Origin: Squalus acanthias
Lineage: Eukaryota
Direction: 5' to 3'
Assembly (NCBI GenBank): GCA_030390025.1
Contig: CM059432.1
Location: 17,114,001-17,178,000 of the forward strand
Length of the DNA stretch: 64,000 nucleotides
Shown piece by piece: positions 12,434 through 23,486 of this stretch (the stretch's first letter is position 1; each line of letters starts with the position of its first letter). A program made the translations under genes and the position numbers. Under the pieces are notes generated by a model, which was not told the DNA's origin, searched no databases, and saw nothing but the letters and a program-made list of their open reading frames with translations.

Positions 12434-15400
12434 ATAGAACCATAGAAATTTACAGGACATAAAGAGGCCATTCGGCCCAGTGTGTCTGTGCCAGCTGAAA
12501 AAGAGCTATCTGGCCTAATCCCATTTTCCAGCTCTTGGTCCATAGCCCTGCAGATTATGGCACTTCAGGTGCATATCCAAGTACTTTTTAAATGCGATGA
12601 GGGTTTCTGCCTCTACCACCCTTTCAGGCAGTGAGTTTCGGACCCCCGCCACTCTCTGGGTGAAAAAAGGTCTCCTCAACTCCCCTCGAATCCTTCTACC
12701 AATTACTTTAAATTTATGTCCCCCGGTTATTGACCTCTCTGTTAAGGGAAATAGGTCCTTCCTATCCACTCTATCTAGACCCCTCATAATTTTATACACC
12801 TCAATTAAGTCACCCCTCAGCCTCCTCTGTTGCAAAGAAAACAACCCCAGCCGCCGACCCAACCTTTCCTCATAGCTAAAATTCTTCAGTCCTGGCAACA
12901 TCCTCATAAATCTCCTCCGTACCCTCGCTAGTGCAATCCTGTAATGTGACCAGAACTGTACACAGTAATCTAGCTGTGGCCTAACTAGTGTTTTATACAG
13001 TTCAAGCATAACTTCCCTGCTCTTGTATTCTATGCCTGGGGTAATAAAGGAAAGTATCCAGTATACCTTCTTAACCACCTTATCTACCTGTCTTGCTACC
13101 TTCAGGGATCTGTGGACATGCATTCCAACAACAACTTGTATTTATATAGCGCCTTTAAAGTAGTAAAACGTCCCAAGGCGCTGCACAGGAGTATTTTAAG
13201 ACAAAAAATTTGACACCGATCCACATAAGGATAAATTAGGGCAGGTGACCAAAAGCTTGGTCAAAGAGGTAGGTTTTAAAGAGCGTCTTAAAGGAGGAAA
13301 GAGAGGTAGAGAGGCGGACAGGTTTAGGCAGGGAATTCCAGAGCTTAGGGCCTAGGCAACAGAAGGCATGGCCACTAAAGGTTGAGCAATTATAGTCAGG
13401 GATCCTTAAGAGGGCAGAATTAGAGGAGCACAGATATCTCGGGGTGGGGTGGGGGGGGGCGTTTGTGGGGCTGAAGGAGATTAGAGAGGTAGGAAGGGGC
13501 GAGGCCACGGAGGGATTTGAAAACAAGGATGAGAATTTTGAAATCGAGGCACTGCAAACCGGGAGCCAATGTAGATCAGCGAGCACAGGGGTGATGGCCG
13601 AACGAGACTTGGTGCAAGTTCGGACACGGGCAGCTGAGTTTTGGATGACCTCAAGTTTACGTAGGGTGGAATGTGGGAGGCCAGCCAGGAGTGCATTGGA
13701 ATAGTCAAGTCTAGAGGTAACAAAGGCATGGATGTGGGTTTCAGCAGCGGATGAGCTGAGGCAAGGGCGGAGACGGGCAATGTTACGGAGGTGGAAGTAG
13801 GCGGTCTTTGTTATGCTGCGGATATGTGGTCAGAAGCTCATTTCAGGGTCAAATATGCCACCAAGGTTACGAACAGTGTGGTTCAGCCTCAGACAGATGT
13901 TAGGGAGAGGGATGGAGTCAGTGGCTAGGGAACGGAGTTTGTGGCGGGGACCGAAACAATGGTTTCGGTTTTCCCAATATTTAATTGGAGAAAATTTTTG
14001 CTCATCCAGAACTGTGTCGGACAAGCAGTCTGACAATTTAGACACTGGAGTGGTCGAGAGAAGAAGCACTGAGGTAGAGCTGGGTGTCGTCAGCATACAT
14101 GTGGAAACTGACGCTGTGTTTTCGGATGATGTCGCCATGGAGCAACATGTAGATGAGAAATAGGAGGGGGCCAAGGATAGATCCTTGGGGGACACCAGAG
14201 GTAACAATGCGGGAGTGGGAAGAGAAGCTGTTGCAGGTGATTCTCTGGTTACGATTAGATAGATAAGAATGGACCCAGGTGAGTGCAGTCCCACCCAGCT
14301 GGACGACGGTGGAGAGGCGTTGGAGAAGGATGGAGTGGTCAACCGTGTCAAAGGCTGCAGACAAGTCAAGAAGGACAAGGAGGGATAGTTTACCTTTGTC
14401 ACAGTTACAAAGGATGTCATTTGTGACTTTGATGAAAGCTGTTTCGGTACTGTGGCAAGGGCGGAAACCTGATTGGAGGGATTCAAACATGGAATTGTGG
14501 GAAAGATGGACACGGATTTGGGAGGCAACAACACGTTCAAGGACTTTGGAGAGGAAAGGGAGGTTGGAGATGGGGCGGTAGTTTGCAAGGACGGAGGGAT
14601 CAAGGTTTGGTTTTTTGAGGAGAGGGTTGATGACAGCAGATTTGAGGGAGAGGGGGACAGTACGGGAGAGGGGGACAGTACCTGAGGAGAGAGAACCATT
14701 AACAATATCCGCTAACATGGGAGCCAGAAAAGGAAGTTGGGTGGTCAGCAGTTTGGTGGGAATAGGGTCGAGGGAGCAGGAGGTGGGTCTCATAGACAAG
14801 ATGAGTGCAGAGAGGTCATGAGGGAAGATTGGAGAGAAACTGGAGAAAGATGTGAGTTTAGGGCTAGGGCAGGGGGAACCTTAGAGGAAGTTTGGCCCAG
14901 TGGGCTAGGGGAAGGAAGGGAAGTGGCAGAGGCAGCTGAACTGATGGTCTCAATCTTAGAGACGAAGAAGTCCATGAGCTCCTCACATTTGTTATCAGAG
15001 GTGAGGGTGTCGGAGACGGGAGAGGGGTTTAAGAAGACGGTTAGAGAATAGGAACCGGGGTTTATCTTTGCATTCCAGAATGATTCTGGAATAGTGAGCA
15101 ATTTTGGCAGACAAGAGCAGGGCCCAATAGTGCTTTATGTGGTCCAGCCAGATCTGGCAGTGAATGGCTAGACCAGTTGTCCGCCATATCCGTTCAAGTC
15201 TGCGTCCCTTGGACTTAAGGGAGTGAAGATGAGAGCGAAGACCAGGGGGAACGGCCAGGATGAGAGAGGGTAATTGTTTTAGTAGGGACTAGGGCATCAA
15301 AGATAGTGGTGAGGGTGTGGTTGAGCAGATTGGTAGCTGCAGCAATGTCATGGTGAATGGAGGGCCAGAGGCTGGACAGTTGGGATTTCATAAGTGCAGT

Positions 15401-15790
15401 TGGGAGAGAGTTTTTTCCAGGGGCGGACACAGAAGGAAGTAGGGTTGGGGGGGCGGGGGTGGGTCCCTCTGTTCTTCTACACTACTCAGTTTCCCACCAT
15501 TTATTGTGTACTCCCTTGCCTTGTTAGCCCTCCCCAAATGCATTACCTCATACTTCTCCGGATTGAATGCCAATTGCCACTTTTCTGCCTAACTCGCCAG
15601 TCCATTGATATTTTCCTGCAGTCTACAGCTTTCTTCCTCACGATCAACCACACGGCCAATTCTTGTATTATCTGCAAACTTCTTAATCGTGCCCCCTACA
15701 TTGAAGTCTACGTCATTGCTTTATACCACAAAAAGCAAGGGACCTAGTACTGAGCCCTGCGGAACCCCGCTGGAAACAGCCTTCCAGTCA
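12434..15790 (-). mobile_element. CR1 3' portion split into 12434-13127 and 15462-15790 by an L2 insertion
   Basis: ORFs ...SVEEQRD and MHVHRSLKV...WNSLP-like join across the insert to give RDLGMHV. Confidence 0.9.
13128..15430 (-). mobile_element. L2-clade LINE, 5'-truncated, RT region to (TTG)n tail
   Basis: ORF 14038-14799 NYRPISNLPFLSKVLE...[13 protein letters not shown]...[10 protein letters not shown]...YADDTQLY; LHWLPV; CAACAACAAC tail on +. Confidence 0.93.
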
Positions 15791-17187
15791 TAACATCTCC
15801 AACAGTAATTAAAACTTTATGGAATGAGACGCCACCCTTGCAATAGTTAATTTTCAGTGCCAGAAGAGGTTGTTTGGCAGTAATTAAAACTTATTATGTT
15901 GTTAAAAGGGTACTTGGACTGAAATGGAAAAGACTCAACTTTCTGTGGCAAGATTAGTTTGTATCTACCGTGCAAGTACAGCAACTTCATGCCGTTCAAT
16001 GTACTTGACTGGTGAGGCAGACCACGAGATGCCGTTTTCGTGAAGCTAATGGTGGAGAGGCGCATCTTGGACAGCAATTTTTGGATTTCTGTGTTTAACC
16101 ACACATCTGCCCTCGCCTGAAGTTGCTATAGCATATTGGGTGCTACAGGGCCTCACTCTCCTCTACCAAAATTGCTGACTATTCCAGGATCATTCTTGGA
16201 AGCCAAGATAGTGCCCAGTTTTTCTCAACTACTAAATATCTCCTTATCCCCTCTTCCCTGCCCCCTTCATTCTACCTGCAACAACAAGTGCAAGAACCTC
16301 AAGAACTTCTTTGTCACTAAGAATGAGTCCATCTATTGAGCTGCCGCTACTGCTTCCTTCCTTCCCCTTCTCCTTTTGCCTAAGCTTGAACCTGTGTCTC
16401 TCATCAGCTTGTCTTCATTCTCCCTCCATGCCCTCTCTGAGTTTATCTTGTCCATGAGAACCACCTCCTGCTCCTATGACCCCTTTCCCACTAAACTGCT
16501 GACCACCCAACATCCTTCCTGGCTCCCAGACTAGCTGACATTGTAAATGGTTCCCTTTCCTTGGGTACTTTCCTCTTCCATTTCAGAACTACTATCATCA
16601 CCCCCCTTAAAAAAAAAAAAACCACCCTCGACCTTCTGTCCTTGCAATCTATTGCCTATTTCCAACCTCCCTTTCCTCTCAAGTACTTAATATGTTGTAT
16701 CCTCCTAAACCCATGTTTATCTTTCCCTCAACTCTGTTTGAATCTCTCCGATTAAGTTTCCGTCTCTGCAACAACACCAAAACGGCCCTAACCAAAGTAA
16801 CAAATGACATTCTCTGGGATTTTGACTATGATAGCGTTATCCCTCCTATTCTCTTGCCTTTCTGTAGCCTTTGTCACAGTCGACTTTGCTATCCTCCAAC
16901 GCCTCTCCTCCATTGTCTAGCTCAATAGGACTGCCCTTGCTTGGTTCCATCTTACCTATCCTATTATTGCCAGGACGTCTCCAGAAATGGCATCTCTTCT
17001 CACTTCTGCACCATTATCTCTAGAGTCCCCCAAGGATTTATCCTTGGCTCACTCCTCTTCCCCATCTACATGCTGCCCTGTGGCAATGTCACCCACAGAC
17101 ATGGGGGTCAGCTTCCATATGTAGGCTGAGGACACCAGCTCTACCTCTGCACCATCTCTCAACCCCTCCACTGCCTTTATACAGTCA

Positions 17188-17566
17188 TGATGTGGAGATA
17201 CCGGCGTTGGACTGGGGTGGACAAAAATGAGAAGTCGCACAACACCAGGTTATAGTCCAACAGATTTATTTAAAATTACAAGCTTTCGGAGCTGTCGCCC
17301 CTTCCTCAGGTAGAGTAGCTGTGAGAGAATCTCCCAGAATTCACAATATAAACACAGAAAAAATGTATTCAAATCTTTCCCTACATCAAAGATGTGTCTT
17401 TGATGTAGGGAAAGATTTGAATACATTTTTTCTGTGTTTATATTGTGAATTCTGGGAGATTCTCTCACAGCTACTCTACCTGAGGAAGGGGCGACAGCTC
17501 CGAAAGCTTGTAATTTTAAATAAATCTGTTGGACTATAACCTGGTGTTGTGCGACTTCTCATTTTT
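17188..17566. mobile_element. Penelope-like mini-insertion: perfect inverted pseudo-LTR arms (17223-17392 and 17397-17566) plus a 35-nt one-sided tail
   Basis: 170-bp perfect inverted repeat with TGTG spacer; 12-bp direct repeat TTTATACAGTCA at 17176-17187 and 17564-17575; hammerhead-like core in each arm. Confidence 0.85.
17477..17512 (+). ncRNA. Minimal type I hammerhead ribozyme-like motif (mirror copy on - strand at 17277-17312)
   Basis: UAC-CUGAGGA-A-GGGGC(GACA)GCUCC-GAAA-GC-UU-GUA: core boxes, 5-bp stem II, palindromic AAGCUU stem III, 3-bp stem I. Confidence 0.65.
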
Positions 17567-18912
17567 ATACAGTCAGGCAGCCTGTCTGACATCCAGTCTT
17601 GGATGAGCTAGAATTTCCCTCCGTTAAACATCAGGAAGACTGCAGCCATTATTTTTGGCCTCTACCACCAGCTTGCCACCGATTCCATCTCCCTCTCTGA
17701 CCTCGCACTCAGGCTGAATCAGACTGTTAGCAACTTTGCTGTTTTATTCGACTCCGAGCTCCAACCCCAAGTTCTCTCCATCACAAAGACTGCCTACTTC
17801 CTCCTCACTTGCCTCTGGCCCTATTTCAGCCTGTCTGCTGCTGAAATCCTCTTCCATACCATTGTCACCTCCAGGCTCAACTATTTCAATTCTCTCCTGG
17901 CCTGTCTTTGATCCTCCACCTCTGTAAATTTCAGTTCATCCTAAACTCTCCTCCCTGTATCCCATCCTGCACCAAGTCCTGCTCACCCGTCATCCCTGTC
18001 CTTACTGACTTACATTGGTTCCCGGTCCCCCAATACCTCAAATTTAACCTTCTCATCCCCATGTTGAAATCCCATGTGCATTGCTCACTTTGCGCCAACA
18101 TTGGTGGCCTTGCCTCCAGCCATCTATGCCCCATGCTCTGTAATTCCTTTCCTAAACCCCACTGCTTCTAAACCCCTCTTTCCTTCCTTAAGACCCTCCT
18201 TAATATCCACTTTTTTGATCACCCCTCCTTTTCCTTTCGAAGAGCCTGGGATTGTTCATTATGGAGAAGAGAAAACTCTGAGGAGATTTGTTCAAGTATT
18301 CAAGATTCTTAAGGGACTAGATGAATTGAACCCTGATCATGTTTCTGAGATTGCCACAAGTCAGCAAACATGGGCTCAAGCATAGAAGAGGGAAGGTGCA
18401 CAGACAGTTTAGATTTAACTACTTTCGGCAGAGAGTGGTGGACATGTGGAAAAGAATGTCCAAGGTGACTTTGCAGGTAGATTGCGTGAATTTTACAGCA
18501 CAGAAAGTAGCCTTTATCCTGTCACATCTGCTCCAGCTGGCTGAAAAAGCTATCCACTTAATTTCATTTCCCTGCCCCTTCTCTTCTCTCTCTAAAACAT
18601 TCCCTTAAAGAGCTTACATTTAGAGTATACTTCCTTTTACTGTCTTTTTCCCCCCAAAAAATACTGCATGTTTCACTACATTGAACTGCATCTGCCACTT
18701 ATCTGCTCACTCCACTAAGTTGTTGATGCCCAGCTGCATTTTTCCTTTCAGTTTACCATGCTGTCTAATTTGATATCGGTAGTAAATTTTGATATTATTC
18801 TTCTACCTGTGTCCAAATCATTTATATAAGTAGGTCAGAATCACACACGCACCAACTATGCACATATTGAGAATATCTAATGAATCTATTCAGAAGCTGT
18901 CACTAATATAAT

Positions 18913-19627
18913 GGCCCGGGATTTATGGGGACTATGAGTCGTAAGCTCTGTGAATGGCCCTGCAAGTTCCGGGTTTCCAGATGCGATGCGCATGCACGAG
19001 AACCCGGAACTTGCGATCTGCCAAGTTTCTCTTGACAGATCGTCCGCATCCACTGTAAATTCACTTTCGCTGGTGCAGAGTTGGGCTATTTGCCCACCTA
19101 CTGCCCAGCGAATACCCACGAAACCTTTACCCCTGGTAAAAGCAGGTGTAAGGCCGCCTTTTCCCAGCGTAAGGGTTAAAATAACATTTTTAAATGATTT
19201 AGACATTCACTTACATTTAAAATTAGTTTCGGTAAATTTTGTCCCGTTTTAAAAATGTTAAAATTTATTTTCCAAAAAGTTAAATGTTTTATTAAAAGGT
19301 ATCTTAATAAATTTTGAACCTGTGATCATTTATTTTTATTTCAGTGGTGTGAAATTTATTTATTAGGTGATTTCTATTATGCTTATGGGGATTCGGTACG
19401 TAAATGGAATCTCCATAAGCATAATAGGAATCCCCCTTTGTCATTGGTTGGCCTGGCCCACGTGATCCTTGGAACACTTGCCACCCGCATGCGCCCCTGG
19501 AATGCGTGAGCCTTTATGCAGGCGTACGCAAGAGTCCGAAGCTCCGGAGACACAAGGTGAGTACGTAGTTTTCTTTCGGTTTGGAGGCGTACGTGGGCGG
19601 CAAGCCTCCGACCACAATTTCCAGGCC
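18913..19627. mobile_element. Harbinger-type MITE
   Basis: Imperfect TIR GGCCCGGGATTTATGG/CCACAATTTCCAGGCC; 3-bp TSD AAT on both sides. Confidence 0.8.
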
Positions 19628-19957
19628 AATACTTTTCCTGGAGGAAAAATTTTGATTTTTTTTAAGCTTAATGCTGCAAGATCCCATGGAAGGTGCAGTT
19701 GACATGATTTAAATGCTTTTTTTAAAATCATAGTTTTAAGGCTGCACGGCACTCAAATCCGCCAGCTATGCTATGCACAGAGAGTTTTCTACCTCATCCA
19801 TCAGACTGGACAATATGACGAGCCTAATTTTAGTCAAAAGACTATATTAATGCAGAGTGATGTGCATAAGTGAAGAGATTTGAAGGATAAATAAAGTGTG
19901 GAGAGGGATAAATGCCAAGAGTTGATAATTATCTCAAATTTTCTCTTTTCCTCGTAG

Positions 19958-20176
19958 ATCCTGACATGTATTTTAATTGAACAGAGGATCGTCTTTCTGT
20001 CAGCTGATTGGGCTTTGCTGACACTCATTGCAGAATGTTTTATTCTCTATCTTCACCCGCTCCAGTGGCAACATACTTATGTGCCTATCCTGTCCAAAGG
20101 AATGATGGATTTTCTGATGGCACCAACAGCTTTCCTCATGGGCTGCCACGTTGATTACTTTAAAGAAGTTAACTCT
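19958..20176 (+). CDS. DENND3: DENND3 exon (window exon 4), [23 protein letters not shown]...[15 protein letters not shown]...[11 protein letters not shown] (DENN core)
   Basis: TAG acceptor, GTAAGT donor, 219 nt; hallmark DENN motif PLQWQHxYVPIL...APTxFLMG. Confidence 0.97.
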
Positions 20177-21355
20177 GTAAGTATTATATAATTACTGAAA
20201 AAAATGCATGATTAGTGGAACCTCAATTAACCACAGAGATATTTCGTCCCCTATTCCTGATATCCATGAGTAGTAGGAGACCAGCAGGAATTAAGGCTGG
20301 CAGCATGTTTTTTCACTTACCTCTGTCCTGGTCCTGCTGGCATGATTTGTTGGCTCAAAGTTTCCTCCAGGGACCCACTTGGAACTGCATCTGCCACAGG
20401 CTTGAGACCTAACCAGAAGTTCTTCTTGATGCCATTGCTAGCTTCCCAGGGGTGAGCGGCAAGTGGAATTTTCACTCACTTCCAGTGATCCAGTCTGCAG
20501 CATTGATCTCAGCAGAGCTACCGATGTTACAATCAATACAGAACTGTTTTAATGTTGCTGATTGGTGTAAGTGTCCAGTAACATAGAAGCATAGAAGATC
20601 GGAGCAGGAGTAGGCCATTTGGCCCCTCGAGCCTGCTCCGCCATTTAATGAGATCATGGCTGATCATCCAGTTGGTGATCATGCTTAATGTCACAGCAGC
20701 GCCTGCAGTGCCAATCTTGGGGATGGCTGCTACAGTATGTCTTTGGCGCTCCCCACTGTATGGGGGTGATGATGGAGTGGGGTGGCTATGGCTGACAGGA
20801 GAGCAGCATTTTACACTGACTTGCTTGAGTCTGGCAGCTGGAATCAAGAGCAAATGTCGTGAAGGAGCTTCAAGCCATTATATCAGTTGTTCAAGCTGCA
20901 GCTGATCTTGCTGCTAGGAGCAGGGAAATAGTGAGGAGTGTTGCTCAAGTGTGCTGCATTGGGCATTTGAAGAACTGCAACTCATTTAAAATTCAGAATA
21001 GCAATTAGCAGTGTAATTTGGGGATTCTTGATTATTTGGGTTAATTTCCATTATCTGCTGGACAGATCCCTATATGCAATTAAAGTTTCAGTGTATTGTA
21101 AATTGAGATTGCAGGATATGATATCATCATTGGTTTGAGATCCATCTGAAATGGATAACCCAACAGCCTTTTCCTGTTCCTAAAAGTTCTTGTGCTCTAA
21201 TTTAAAAAAAATCAAAACGATAGGAAAATGTATTTAAACTATTGCAATCTAGAAAATGTTTAAATATAATTGCATTACATCATACAGTAAACGTTTTAAT
21301 CCACTTAAAACTTAAGCCTAAAGGTAACCTTGTTTATTTGTCACTGATTATACAG

Positions 21356-21477
21356 GAAGTTGAAGGATTAATATTGGTGAACATTGATGAAGGAACGATT
21401 AAATTCTCAAACTTGGCAGATACCGAACCAGAAATACCTGAAGTTCCTTTAGAAGCTGCAGAATGTTTTACACAAAG
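21356..21477 (+). CDS. DENND3: DENND3 exon (window exon 5), EVEGLILVNIDEGTIKFSNLADTEPEIPEVPLEAAECFTQ
   Basis: CAG acceptor, GTAAA donor, 122 nt ending phase 2. Confidence 0.94.
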
Positions 21478-22014
21478 GTAAATGCAGTATATTGAACAAG
21501 GTTTCACTTAGCACATACAAAGCATCAGTAAATCAGACAAACTTTATAATGCTGTTTTGAGACTTGCTAAAACAAAGAATTTTGAAAAGTATAATTTTCT
21601 TTTAATTTTTAGTAGATATGTGTTACGGGCATGTCTTTGAGACTCTTTTGAGGTGTTTTAGTAATATAGTTAGTTGGTACAATAAAAAGTAATTTATATT
21701 GGTGAAATAATTATTATAGCATTCTCCACATACTATAGAAATAATTTCAGGCTGATGTAGTCCCTTTAAGACAATTTTAAGCTTTTCACATGATCGTTCG
21801 CATGCCATATAACTGCACTGCTACAAGGTTGAAACTAATTTTTTCCCCATTGTTAGCAACCGAGCAAATCTAACATCACTGTACAGGAAACACACTTTTT
21901 CCTGTGTGCTTTTTGTTTTACTGATTAAGGATGAAAAAAGTCATAAACTTTCTGAAATTATCAAAATAGAAGTTGAAAGCTCCAAGCTGTTGTATTAAGC
22001 GATTGAGGTCTTTA

Positions 22015-22945
22015 AGAAAGAAAGACTTGCACTTATATGCAGGAAACTCTTTGGTATCCGGCACCGACGGGACCGGCGTGGTGCCGGTTGATCGAAAGTT
22101 CCGGATAACAGAGAGTTATATCTACCGAGGCTATTTTTAACAAAGAAAAATAAAAAAAATCAAGAAATGTGCAGTATACAGTATTTGGGTACTCACCTAC
22201 AGAATGTTGTGTTAAATGGATGGTGGAAGATGCTTGATTAAGTACAGTACTGCCAGTTGAGAGTAATCCATAACTCTTTAATTACTTAACAGTAAGTGAG
22301 ACTCCCGGCAGCGCGGGAGAATCAACTCCTGCTACTGCAGTGTTTCGGACTTCCGACAGCGCCAGGAGGCCGAGTAGTGGCACTTTTGAAAACTACCCCT
22401 ACTGACTAAATCGGCGTTCGGGGACTCGGGATCGGCAACATTGCCGGTTATTTGAGAGGAGTTTTCGGAGTACTCGGCGTTCGCGGAGACTCGGACTGCG
22501 ACTCGGCAACGTTGCCGGTTATTTGAGAGGAGTTTTCGGAGGATGATTTTTGCCGGTTAAGCGAGAATTCCGGATATTTGGGTGCCGGATAAACGAGAGT
22601 TTCCTGTAGTGCCTTTCATGACCTCAGGACATCCCAAAGTGCTTTACAGCCAATTGTTGGAAGAAATCTAGTACTTTTGAAGTGTTGTCACTGTTGTAAT
22701 GTAGAAAACGTGGCATCCAATTTGAGCACAGCAAGATTCCACAAACAGCAATGTGATAATGACCAGATAATCTGTTTTAGTGATATTGGTTGAGGGATAA
22801 ATGTTGACCAGGACATTGGGGAGAACGGCCCCTGCTTTTCTTCGAATAGTGCCGTGGGATCTTTTACGTCCACCTGAGAGGACAGGCAGGGCTTCGTTTT
22901 AACGTCTCATCCAAATGACGGCACCTCTGACAGTGCAGCACTCCA
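22015..22945 (-). mobile_element. DeuSINE copy interrupted near its tail by a DNA transposon
   Basis: Reverse complement of the 8405-8803 family on both sides of 22040-22606. Confidence 0.8.
22040..22606. mobile_element. Tc1/mariner-pogo type MITE
   Basis: About 25-bp TIR CAGGAAACTCT..TATCCGGCACC/GGTGCCGGATA..AGAGTTTCCTG; flanks TG and TA at a TA site of the host SINE; internal 37-bp direct repeat. Confidence 0.8.
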
Positions 22946-23486
22946 CATTATTATACCAGTTCTTGTGATGTCTGACACCTTGCAAAGATCACTAAGTTAT
23001 TTGTGGATTGATCGCTTCTAACATAGATGTTTTTCTGAGGTAGCACTGATGGTTGCCAATGATAAAGCAAATTCATTGGCAACTGGGATTGAGCGTTCCG
23101 CTTCTACTTCCCCTTCACTTTTCATTGGACCTGATTTTGTCTTTGCCCTTTTGTAAGTTGTCTTATGGAATGCATCAAAACATCTGTTGAATACCAAACC
23201 TTTGCCCGTGACACTGTTAAGAAAATGAGAAGGTTTGTGGCTCTATCTGGCATTGGTGTCGCTGCAAAGATAAGACTGGTATAAGTACACTATAACTAAG
23301 TGGTTCTTGTGAACTTCATCAATTGAAAATAATTGTTGTGGAGGTTTGACGAGGTGGCACATGTCTTTTCTTAAAGTCTTGGGCTACTCCTGAATGACAC
23401 TGTTGTAAGGCAAGATGGAAAGTATGCACAGTAGTAGGCTGTCATTCCCACATGGGTTATTACCAGCTCCACCCCTGCTCTATGGA

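Larger units (their letters stand above)
16170..18225 (+). mobile_element. Older L2 LINE, interrupted at 17188-17566
   Basis: TALTKVTNDIL, VPQGFILG and LHWFPV remnants; reverse-complement similarity to 13128-15430. Confidence 0.85.

Noticed and set aside
17250..17539. Two near-identical 72-aa ORFs on opposite strands
   Set aside because: A direct consequence of the DNA palindrome; no protein-like features.
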